From: Dehalococcoidia bacterium | GTDB taxonomy: Bacteria > Chloroflexota > Dehalococcoidia > UBA2979 | Reading direction: 5' to 3' | Assembly (NCBI GenBank): GCA_963667465.2 | Contig: CAXXDN010000002.1 | Span: 1,696,001 to 1,760,000 of the forward strand | DNA length: 64,000 nt | In this document: piece after piece, positions 55,925-64,000 of the stretch | How the letters are laid out: the number at the start of each line of letters is the position of its first letter | Numbering within the stretch: the first letter of the stretch is position 1 | Program-made: the position numbers and the translations under genes | The notes under the pieces: generated by a model | Seen by the model: only the letters and a program-made list of their open reading frames with translations | What the model was told of the DNA's origin: nothing | Database searches by the model: none

Positions 55925-58210
55925 GTGGCGCTCATGGATCTGGAGCCGGAAGCTATGCGGATGGATCTCGTGGGAGACCTGCTCGCCACCCTGAGGATCG
56001 AACCACAGGACATTGCTGACAGCGGTTTGTCTCTGCACGGCAGGCTTGATCGCCTAAGCACCGACGAAATCCGCGACCTTGGGCGCGTAGCAGCGCCCGA
56101 GCTGGTCAACCGTTGGGACACGCCGATTGGAGCGATGCTGCCAGGACTGCTCCACTCGCAATCTGAACAGGTGTCGACCGCTTCCCTCAAGACGCGCAGC
56201 TACAACGCGTTGCTTCGCGAGGGTGTCGCTACATGGGGCGACGTCGCGGAATTGACTCCTGCGCAGCTTTTCGGGCTCCGGAACGTGGGCTGGCTCACCG
56301 TCATCGATATCCTGACCTCTAGCGTCGAGCAATCGCTCCGCTCGCATCAAGCCCGTGATGCCGTGGAGGATAGCGCCCCCGAAGACCTCGATGAGGAGCT
56401 CGACGAACCGTCTGAGCACCTCGTCGCCGACGAGGATCAGTTGGAGACCGCGATGGCCGATTTGCGTAACTCCGGAACTTGGGGCATCAACGTCGCGAAC
56501 TCGCTAGGCGCACTCCGCACCCTAGCCACCTGGGGTATCAGGGAACGCGATGCCAAGCGGTTGGACGACATCCTTGAACTGAACCCCGACTCGCGGCCTA
56601 TCCCTGCCGACCTGTCAGCGATGTGGGATGACTTCGGGCTGGTCGCTCTGGCGGACTGGGCGGATCCCGCACTGTTGGATGTGACCCTCGATGAGCTGGC
56701 CGAGCGACTTTTTGCAAACATGGACGAGCGGCAGCACACCATATATCGCCGCCGCGTGATCGATGGCGTGACGCTCGAGGTAGTCGGGAGAGAGCTAGAT
56801 GTCACGCGTGAACGCATCCGGCAATTGCAACTGAAAGCAGAGACGCAGATCGCGGCCGCTCTGAAGAGAAGTCCCTTCACCTTGCTCCATTGGCGCGCGG
56901 CGGACCTGAGATCGTCGCTTGGCGCCACGGCGCCAATCGCCCACGACATCACGCAGTCGGCACTGGAAAAGAGTCTGCGCGGGGCTAGCCAAAATGCTGC
57001 TGAGCTCCTGCGCCCGCTCATCCTCCGCCTGGCTGGGCCATTCCGGGAACGCGACAGCTGGATGACACTCGAGCAGGCCGACATCCCGGAACCCGCGGAC
57101 ATCGAGGCGATGGCCGACGAGTTCGGTGTTCTCCCGCTGGTCGACGCGCGAGACTGCCTCGCTGCTCACGGTATACGCTCAGAGTTCCACGATGCGTGGC
57201 TTGAGCACTCCGGTCGATTCCAACACGACGGCGACAGATTGTTGGTCTGGTCGGGCAGCGTGGTCGACAAGTCCGTTGCCCTACTTGCAGCCCGCGGCGA
57301 GCCAGAGGATACAGAAAGCATAGTCGCACTTGTCGGCGAGGGTCACAGCGTTCGCGGTGTGCGAGCTCGGTTCTTCGAGGACGAGCGGCTAGTGCGGGTC
57401 AACCGGACTCACTGGGCGCTTCGGGCGTGGGGCATGGAGGAGTACACAGGCATCACCGACGAGATCGCCCAACGTATTGAAGGGGCCGGGGGCGAGATCG
57501 AGGTCGCTGCGGTTGTACGTGAAGTCGTGAGCCAATTCGGCGTCAAAGAGAATTCTGTCCTGGTGTACACCGCAGCACCGATGTTCGTGGTTGAAGGGGA
57601 CCGCATCCGACTGCGAATGGACGACGAGCCGATCGACGTAGGGGGGAGCCTCGAGAACTGTGCCGGCGCCTTCCGGTCGTCAGAACGCTCCGTCAGTCTC
57701 TTGATCCCTGCCGATGCTGACCTCCTGCGCGGCAGCGGTCGCCCTCTGAGCGGCTCCGTCGCGGTAGCCCTTGGTGTCTCGCCCGGCCGACCGCGCTCGT
57801 TCCTGCATGCGTCTGGTGCACTCAACGTCACGTGGCCGATGACTGCGGCGATAGGCCCCTCGCTTGGATCAGCGCGCGTATTGGCGACCACAGCAGGAGC
57901 CACCGCAGGCGAACGAGTGCGCCTCGACTTCGATTTGGAGCAGGGACGCGTAAGCGCCGAGCGTGTCCCTCAACACATCGACTCCCATGAAGACATAGAC
58001 GCAATCCGCCTGCTGACGGGCATCACCGCCGACAGCGAAAACGCCCTGTCCTTAGTGGCTGATGCGGTTGACGTCTCGCCCGCGAACGTGCGGCGAGCGC
58101 TGAGTGAGCGAGGAGACATGGAACTTGCGGAACTCCTACCAAGACCCGAAGTCGATGCGCATCTACGGTCTACTCTGTCTAACCTCGCGCAACTTATAGC
58201 CTCGGGCTGA
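55925..58210 (+). CDS. Multi-HTH protein: RNAP alphaCTD-like + sigma70 region 4 + wHTH modules
   Basis: LKTRSYNALLREGV...LRNVG (alphaCTD), TLEVVGRELDVTRERIRQL (sigma4), RLVRVNRTHWALRAWG (HARE/delta-like wHTH wing). Confidence 0.8.
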   Translation: MALMDLEPEAMRMDLVGDLLATLRIEPQDIADSGLSLHGRLDRLSTDEIRDLGRVAAPELVNRWDTPIGAMLPGLLHSQSEQVSTASLKTRSYNALLREGVATWGDVAELTPAQLFGLRNVGWLTVIDILTSSVEQSLRSHQARDAVEDSAPEDLDEELDEPSEHLVADEDQLETAMADLRNSGTWGINVANSLGALRTLATWGIRERDAKRLDDILELNPDSRPIPADLSAMWDDFGLVALADWADPALLDVTLDELAERLFANMDERQHTIYRRRVIDGVTLEVVGRELDVTRERIRQLQLKAETQIAAALKRSPFTLLHWRAADLRSSLGATAPIAHDITQSALEKSLRGASQNAAELLRPLILRLAGPFRERDSWMTLEQADIPEPADIEAMADEFGVLPLVDARDCLAAHGIRSEFHDAWLEHSGRFQHDGDRLLVWSGSVVDKSVALLAARGEPEDTESIVALVGEGHSVRGVRARFFEDERLVRVNRTHWALRAWGMEEYTGITDEIAQRIEGAGGEIEVAAVVREVVSQFGVKENSVLVYTAAPMFVVEGDRIRLRMDDEPIDVGGSLENCAGAFRSSERSVSLLIPADADLLRGSGRPLSGSVAVALGVSPGRPRSFLHASGALNVTWPMTAAIGPSLGSARVLATTAGATAGERVRLDFDLEQGRVSAERVPQHIDSHEDIDAIRLLTGITADSENALSLVADAVDVSPANVRRALSERGDMELAELLPRPEVDAHLRSTLSNLAQLIASG

Positions 58211-58649
58211 TAGCCCCTTCCGCGTCCTCACCAATCGCTTTGAGCTGAAGCATTAGGTGGAGGGTCGGTTCATTTTGACCTATCAATTGACCGAGCAGAT
58301 GTGGAAACCCCGCGTTCGCGTACTCGGAGGCCATCCGGATGACATCGCCAGGCCGTTCGAGCGCGTCAGATCCGTTCTCGGCCAACGCCAGTAGTTCGAG
58401 GTGTGTGATTCGCCACGGATCTGAATCGAAAATGCGTCCGTCGATGATCTTCCTTGACTCCCTAGGCAGCGGTGACCGCCGTCCAGAATGCACGCCCATC
58501 GTCATGGCGACCCACCACGCATCGATCCAACGTGAGAAAACCTTCCGCTCGTCCTCGCTCCGCGACACGAAGCTCTCAAGCTGTTCGTGATGGTCTGCCG
58601 CAATGAACACGTCGTAGCTGGTATATGGGTTCGCGCCCCCGAGTGTCAT
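58194..58649 (-). CDS. PbeD/DndE-like small protein
   Basis: 151 aa; FSRWIDAWW..GV...SEYANAG pattern; last gene after the CxC ATPase. Confidence 0.55.
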   Translation of the reverse strand: MTLGGANPYTSYDVFIAADHHEQLESFVSRSEDERKVFSRWIDAWWVAMTMGVHSGRRSPLPRESRKIIDGRIFDSDPWRITHLELLALAENGSDALERPGDVIRMASEYANAGFPHLLGQLIGQNEPTLHLMLQLKAIGEDAEGAISPRL

Positions 58650-60814
58650 GGTGCCCCCACCCCTGTCTCACGAAAACGGACGCCGTGACGCTCGTCGTAC
58701 CGACGAGCGCACAGGCGGCACGAGTGCCGATGATCGCACGCGCAGATGCGCGATACCGGGTAGTCGGTATGCCATGGATGGATCAGATCCGTGGGATAGT
58801 GCTCTGAGCACGAGAGCGTCATCGTGCTGCCGGCACGCTCGTCGACGAGATCTTCCACATCACGTAGTTCTGCCCGCGTCAGGAAGAGGATGACCTGGAA
58901 GTCTGGACCGTCATCGGCCGGGGGCATGGTGATCGCGTCCACCATGCGGTGCTTCACGCCTCCCGAGACCATCCCGAGCGGAGTGTCGATCATCCGCGGT
59001 GCCGTGGCGCCGGACACTTCCATGAGCGCCCAGATGAAGGAGAGCGTGAGCGCCCGCTTGGAGGCACCGTTCAACTCGAAGTCAGGATCGAGTCGCCTGC
59101 CCTCGGCTGTATCAATGACGATGTTGAAGTCGGCATCGAAGTGGACACCGGCGTACAGCTCCGTGCCAAAGTCCGCTCGCACAGATTTGTCTGGTGCGCC
59201 GACGATCTCCATGAATAGTGCGCCCATACGCGCAGACACGCGTCCCACATAGTCACGCTCAAGTACTTTGAGGACGTCGGTTGCTAGGTTCGCCAGGTCC
59301 TCCGCGACGTCACGTCTAGTCGCGAGTGCGAGGCTTACCTTAGCCTCGTCTTGGGCTTGCTTGAGCGCTTGGTCCTGTTCTGACCTCCCACTTTCTGCCT
59401 CTGCCAGGTCGCGTTCTGCCGCGCCGACATCCCGATTCGTCTTCGCGATCTTCGCCTCGACGTCTGCGAGGCGCGCGACCAAGTCGTGCACTCGTGTCGC
59501 ATCGATCTGACTGCGCTTCCTCTCCAGATCCGCGAGTTCGACACCTGCCACCTGGAGCTCGTCGTTTATCGCAGTGAATTGCTGTAGCAGCTCAGCCGAC
59601 ACCTGCTGGAATGCACGCCCGGCTTCGATCCGGGAGCGTTCCTCGGCAGCAGCCTGCCTTGCAACGTAGGAGAGTCCAGTGAGACGCTGATGGTGATCCG
59701 ACACACTTCGCTGTTGGGCCAGGAGTTGTTCCACATGAGCGCGGTGTTCCGTGCCAGGCGCTAGCGACTGACCGCAGATGCACTCGTCGATTCCAAGTCG
59801 GTCCACAAGTACCTCGACGGAGGCCCCTGGGATAATGCGGCGGTCAGCCAAGTCATCGAGATGCTCTAATCCTGTGCGCAACTGCTCCCCGACAAGCATC
59901 CAAGAATACTCCTCGGACCTTAGGAACACCTGCATTTTCTGGATGGCCGCAGAGCGTTCATCCTCAAGTCGGTCTCGTCCCCTCGTTACCCGATCAATCC
60001 GATCGTTGATCTCGTCTATGTCACCTATGCCGCGTAAGCTTCCGAGCTCTTTGTCCCAAGTCGCGCGCTGACCGGCCATATTCGCTTGTCGGTCGCGCAA
60101 CCTCTCGAGTGTCGATTGCAAGCCATCGATGCGGGCATCAGTTGCAGCGAGGCTGGTTTCCAGATCGGCAGTATCTACTCCTCCGGACTTAGCGGCCTCA
60201 AGGCGCAGGTTCCGAAATACCGCTTGGAGATCAGTCTCAGCCACTCGGAATCGCTCGATTCCAAGCAAGTTGCGGACAGCGTTCTGGACCTGCGCTTGCC
60301 TTTGTCGTTCCCCGATCTCAGCGGAGATAAACGTTTGCACCGAATCACCATCCGTGAAGAATACGTCACGCAATTGTTGTGGTAGCCAGTTGTTGATCCA
60401 TGATTCGGGCGCGCTCAGATCTTCCTCTCCGGCTGACGTGATCTTCAGGAGGCGCACGCGTTCAGTCTCTCGGTCGACTTCATCATCCTTGGTTGGTGTT
60501 TCCACGACCGAGCGTACGAGCCGGTAGCGCGCTGTGGTCCCGTACTCGTCGTCGTATTCGAACTCGATCGTCACCGACACTGGGGTCGGTACGTTTGCCG
60601 AAGCCGCCGTTGACGTCAGACGGAGCGATCTCGCTACGGCCGGCAAGCCGGCCATTCCATAGAAGGCCCACTGGAACGCGTAGAGCAGGGAGGTCTTGCC
60701 TGATCCGTTCTCGGCGCGGATCACCGTCAGCGGTCTGTCGCGCTTCGTCGAGAACTCTAGCTGCACATCTTCGAGCAGCTTGAAGTTACGTACGTGAGCA
60801 CGAATGAGACGCAC
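58646..60814 (-). CDS. DndD/PbeC-like ABC ATPase (CxC hook)
   Basis: AENGSGKTS, FFTDGD, hinge CICG, signature LNGAS, MIDTPLG; extra C-terminal CAC...CRLC. Confidence 0.8.
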   Translation of the reverse strand: MRLIRAHVRNFKLLEDVQLEFSTKRDRPLTVIRAENGSGKTSLLYAFQWAFYGMAGLPAVARSLRLTSTAASANVPTPVSVTIEFEYDDEYGTTARYRLVRSVVETPTKDDEVDRETERVRLLKITSAGEEDLSAPESWINNWLPQQLRDVFFTDGDSVQTFISAEIGERQRQAQVQNAVRNLLGIERFRVAETDLQAVFRNLRLEAAKSGGVDTADLETSLAATDARIDGLQSTLERLRDRQANMAGQRATWDKELGSLRGIGDIDEINDRIDRVTRGRDRLEDERSAAIQKMQVFLRSEEYSWMLVGEQLRTGLEHLDDLADRRIIPGASVEVLVDRLGIDECICGQSLAPGTEHRAHVEQLLAQQRSVSDHHQRLTGLSYVARQAAAEERSRIEAGRAFQQVSAELLQQFTAINDELQVAGVELADLERKRSQIDATRVHDLVARLADVEAKIAKTNRDVGAAERDLAEAESGRSEQDQALKQAQDEAKVSLALATRRDVAEDLANLATDVLKVLERDYVGRVSARMGALFMEIVGAPDKSVRADFGTELYAGVHFDADFNIVIDTAEGRRLDPDFELNGASKRALTLSFIWALMEVSGATAPRMIDTPLGMVSGGVKHRMVDAITMPPADDGPDFQVILFLTRAELRDVEDLVDERAGSTMTLSCSEHYPTDLIHPWHTDYPVSRICACDHRHSCRLCARRYDERHGVRFRETGVGAP

Positions 60815-61038
60815 TACTGGGCCTCCCGTTGCGCCGCGTGCACCTTATCGCTGGCCGCTTCGATGATCTGTCTGATTCGCACTCGGCGGCCTCGTTCGGA
60901 AGATCCCGAATCTTGCACCTGGAGTACCTCGATGAGCGCCGTGGCGAGATCGTCGCGGTAGCCCGGAGAGCGCTCCAAGACAATCGCGACTCGATCGCGG
61001 AGCACCTCGAAAATCCGATCTCGGGAGAGCATCACCAT
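60814..61038 (-). CDS. PbeB-like small helical protein
   Basis: 74 aa, tightly packed between helicase and ATPase genes. Confidence 0.6.
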   Translation of the reverse strand: MVMLSRDRIFEVLRDRVAIVLERSPGYRDDLATALIEVLQVQDSGSSERGRRVRIRQIIEAASDKVHAAQREAQ

Positions 61039-61040
61039 TG

Positions 61041-63209
61041 TCAACTCCCAGCCCACACCAGGGATTCGTAGCGCGACATGACACTGCGAGGGCCACCATC
61101 ATCCCACTCATTCTCGGCCAGACTGGCGAATTCCTCTGCGCGCCGCAACTCGGTCCTCAGGATCGATGCACCGGCCGGTGACTCGGTATCGGGCGGCACA
61201 ACGATGAAGTCATGCAGCCGCGCCAGCTGTTTCCCGGGCGCCCTCCGAAGGATCCGTCCACGACGCTGTACCCACTCGCGCCGAACCGCACTCGACGCGA
61301 GCAGGAACGCGGTGTCGGTCTGGGGGATGTCGATGCCCTCATCCAGAACCTTCATAGCGGTGAGTACTTGATAGTCGCCGCGCCCAAAGGCTTCAAGCCA
61401 CCGCGCTGCATCGCGGCGGGAGGTTTCGGCGGCAGTAAAGCGATGACTGATGACCCCCAGCGCTTGGAGAACCTCGTTCACCTGATCGATTTGGGGCGGC
61501 TGCTCCAATATCACTTGTTTCGCTGAGGTGTAAATGAGGCAGCGCTGGATCGTCGATGGCCCCATCGACTCTAGGAAGTCCCGGAGTACTCCGACCTTCC
61601 TTTCGGCCTGCTCGATCACGGCGCGACGCTCACGAAGAAGGCGCTCCGCCTTTGCGGACGGGACCACTGACTGGCCATCGTCGTCGAGTCTGAAGCCCGC
61701 CTTCCTCAGTCCCTCAGTGAGTTCCTTCCACTTGTCGATCTCGCGCTCGGACATCTCCACTTCGTGGAGATGGTACTCATACGGAGTCAGACAGCCCGAG
61801 TCGATCGCATCGCCGAGCCCGAACTCAAAAACCTGTGCCCCGAAGTACTCGAACAGCTTGTCCGTACCATCAGGGTCATATTGCCGCACGGGCGTTGCGG
61901 AGAGCCCTAGTCGCAGGTCCGCGCGCTCCGGGAGGGCGCGGAAGGTCTTCGAGGCCCCAAGGTTGTGCATCTCGTCCCCGATGAGGAATACCCGAACTTG
62001 AGCGGGGAGGCGGGCGAGCAACTCCCGGATGCCGTCATCCTGGGCGAACAGGCTATTGGTGACGACGATCACTTCCGTGCGGGGGGTACCCGCAGCCAAG
62101 GCAACCTCGATCTCTTGCAGTTGCTTCTGCCGCTCAGCGCGGGGGGCACTGCTGGGGAGCGTTGGGGAGATCCCGAAGCTGCGGATATCGTCCGCCCACT
62201 GCTGCATGAGCGGCCTAGATGGCACGAGCACGATAACGAGCATCGGGCCCGGGTGTCGCCGCTGAGCTTCGACGCTGGCGATCAGCGCCGCTCGCGTCTT
62301 GCCACCGCCTGTCGCAATCGCCAGGACACCTCGCCCCTGCGCTTCTAGGAACGCATCCACGGCCACACCTTGATGGGCGTACTGGCCTGTTCGCCACTCC
62401 AAGCCGACTGGCACTTCTAGCAACTTGCGTTGAGGCGGCAGGGCACCGACTGGAAGTTCGGGTTCGAGGCCGGCGGCGTGATCCCGCCGCCACGCTTCCC
62501 AGAAGTCGTCCACAGTTGGAACTCGGCCGGGCTTGGAGCCCCGACCCGCGAATCGGAGTCCCGCGGAGGCACTCAGCGTTAGCGAGCGCGGGTGTTCGTC
62601 CTCCCACTGCCTCCGCCACTGCTCAACGAGCTTCGCCACCCGGCGCTCTGCCACGGCGCCGTCGCGCCAAGCCCTGTCAACGGTCATTTGCTCACCGTTG
62701 ACAAGCAGCCCGCGAGACGTCGCATTGCCAGAACCGTGAACCGCCAGCCAGGCGTCACCTTCGCGGACGAGCCACTGCTTCTTGTGGTAGATGCCGCCCT
62801 CCATGAGAACGAACCGCAACTCGAGACGCTTTACGGCGATGAGGTAGGCAAAGCACTCTCTCGTGTGCTCCACGAGCGCCGATTCTGAAAAGGCGCCACC
62901 CTCAAAGATTTCTTCCGCCAGCCGATCGGCGAGGTCCTGTTCGGTGGCGACGCCCTCCTGTATCGCCGCTCGGTCCTCGGAGCTGATTTCCGGGCTGATC
63001 AGAAGCTTGAGGGGCGCCTCGCCGCGCTCTATGAAGTCAGCGAGCCCAGGGGCGACCTGCGCCAAGCAGCGTGAGCTGAAGTACCCAGATCCGACCAAGA
63101 CTTCGTCGGCATGCGACATGGCCGGGACGATCACCTCACCGATTAGGTCGTCATCAGGAATCTCGTAGACGGGGGCTACATCAGTGAGGGCGGCGAGTAG
63201 ACCGGTCAT
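61041..63209 (-). CDS. PLD(HxK)-nuclease + SF2 helicase (PbeA-like)
   Basis: GYFSS, YHKK...HGSGNAT...NGE; ATGGGKT, DEMH, LSATP, LDEGIDIP, QRRGRILR. Confidence 0.85.
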   Translation of the reverse strand: MTGLLAALTDVAPVYEIPDDDLIGEVIVPAMSHADEVLVGSGYFSSRCLAQVAPGLADFIERGEAPLKLLISPEISSEDRAAIQEGVATEQDLADRLAEEIFEGGAFSESALVEHTRECFAYLIAVKRLELRFVLMEGGIYHKKQWLVREGDAWLAVHGSGNATSRGLLVNGEQMTVDRAWRDGAVAERRVAKLVEQWRRQWEDEHPRSLTLSASAGLRFAGRGSKPGRVPTVDDFWEAWRRDHAAGLEPELPVGALPPQRKLLEVPVGLEWRTGQYAHQGVAVDAFLEAQGRGVLAIATGGGKTRAALIASVEAQRRHPGPMLVIVLVPSRPLMQQWADDIRSFGISPTLPSSAPRAERQKQLQEIEVALAAGTPRTEVIVVTNSLFAQDDGIRELLARLPAQVRVFLIGDEMHNLGASKTFRALPERADLRLGLSATPVRQYDPDGTDKLFEYFGAQVFEFGLGDAIDSGCLTPYEYHLHEVEMSEREIDKWKELTEGLRKAGFRLDDDGQSVVPSAKAERLLRERRAVIEQAERKVGVLRDFLESMGPSTIQRCLIYTSAKQVILEQPPQIDQVNEVLQALGVISHRFTAAETSRRDAARWLEAFGRGDYQVLTAMKVLDEGIDIPQTDTAFLLASSAVRREWVQRRGRILRRAPGKQLARLHDFIVVPPDTESPAGASILRTELRRAEEFASLAENEWDDGGPRSVMSRYESLVWAGS

Positions 63210-63559
63210 CCGGAGGCTGCCTCCATCGAATCTGGACTTCGACTATTGCCGAACAGACGGACCCGTGCGACAGCACGAGCCGACTGCATGAGTATCACAT
63301 GCGGAGACTCACGCAAAGCTACGGCGAGCGGGAACACCACGGTGCCCTGTGCACGTGGCCCTGAGAGGGGCGTTCCCAAGCCGCCTTGCGCGACCCCGAC
63401 CATAGCCAGCTTGCTGACGCAAGCGGCCACGGTCAGCGTGCTGCCTGCGCTGCACCGCCGACCCTCCTCAACGCAGAAGCTCTCCCAGTCACGGCTGCTC
63501 GGGGACTACGAGACAATCCTGCACCCGGCTGGAACGCTCGTTCTTCGAGGACCCTCGAC

Positions 63560-63715
63560 ACCTTGTCGGCCATGGCCAGCAGCACGTCCGGGTCCTCGGA
63601 CAACTCGGCCGCGAGGCGCCGGATAGTGGCCTTTGAAGGGGCAGCCCCCTGGTCGCTCTCGATCTGGCTCAGCTAGGCTGGCCCCTCACGATACGCTAGG
63701 CCACTTGGCGCATAG
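63560..63715 (-). pseudogene. Decayed XRE HTH gene
   Basis: LSQIESDQGAAPSKATIRRLAAELSEDPDVLLAMADKVS preceded by an in-frame TAG and a broken MRQVA segment. Confidence 0.55.
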
Positions 63716-63869
63716 CGCAGGCCGGGTCGCCACGCTGAAAGCCCTCGTGAACCGTCCGGACATATTCCAAGTATTGTGTATACCTCGTAATGCCCACGAG
63801 GGATGACCTGTCAAGGTCGACTCATCGAGTCCAATATTCCACGGGCTCTGGTTCTAGCGGACACGGCGG

Positions 63870-64000
63870 TCAGCCTTCCAACCTGAGAGAAAGAATCCGT
63901 TCCGGTATGGGAACGAACCCCTTAGTGGCGTATCTGCTTACCAAGTCGTCCAGACCAAATCGGCGAATCAACTCTGCCTGTTCAATTGGGCGTTCGCTAT
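63870..64000 (-). CDS. Possible C-terminus of a gene starting beyond the window
   Basis: One open minus-strand frame from the window edge: SERPIEQAELIRRFGLDDLVSRYATKGF...LEG*. Confidence 0.4.
   Translation of the reverse strand, partial: SERPIEQAELIRRFGLDDLVSRYATKGFVPIPERILSLRLEG

Noticed and set aside
55925-58210. Primary sigma factor or rpoA
   Set aside because: Only isolated region-4 and alphaCTD-like motifs; no sigma region 2 or alpha N-terminal domain seen.
58194-60814. Canonical dndD-dndE of a Dnd modification operon
   Set aside because: Preceded by a PLD-helicase and a small gene rather than dndB/dndC; order fits a Pbe-like module, so no gene symbols were assigned.

Overview
High-GC bacterial accessory region, probably Chloroflexota/Dehalococcoidia-like; that guess rests on gene content only. 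No rRNA, tRNA or CRISPR array was seen. The left ~19.3 kb is the end of an integrative conjugative element: a minus-strand block (CHC2-like zinc-finger fragment, two tandem Zn-finger/membrane paralogs, HTH protein), then a compact monoderm-type conjugation operon (secreted protein, VirB6/TrbL-like, two pilin-like proteins, PrgI fusion, VirB4, coupling ATPase, Replic_Relax relaxase), a RelE/HigA-like TA pair, an ImmR / ImmA-like / LexA-DBD switch facing three Cro-like HTH genes, and a large serine recombinase. A 36-bp sequence at the recombinase stop recurs exactly at 28.2 kb and 34.1 kb and divides a ~45 kb defence island. The island holds: an XRE/IrrE-regulated ubiquitin-like operon (Ubl, DUF6791-ThiF, DUF6527), AbiEi/AbiEii-WYL, orphan AbiEi genes, a KAP NTPase, Fic plus four Fic relics, Xre-RES, an unrecognised SF2-helicase operon with six copies of a repeated ~110-aa domain, a Rad50/RloC-like ATPase, an IS21, a complete SspABCD-SspE phosphorothioate system, an alphaCTD/sigma4 hybrid protein and a PbeABCD-like module. 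Best candidates for something new: the helicase + repeat-domain operon (36.2-40.6 kb), the att-like repeat/Fic-relic cassette architecture, and the Ssp + Pbe-like + RNAP-mimic combination. All family calls come from reading motifs by eye, not database searches.
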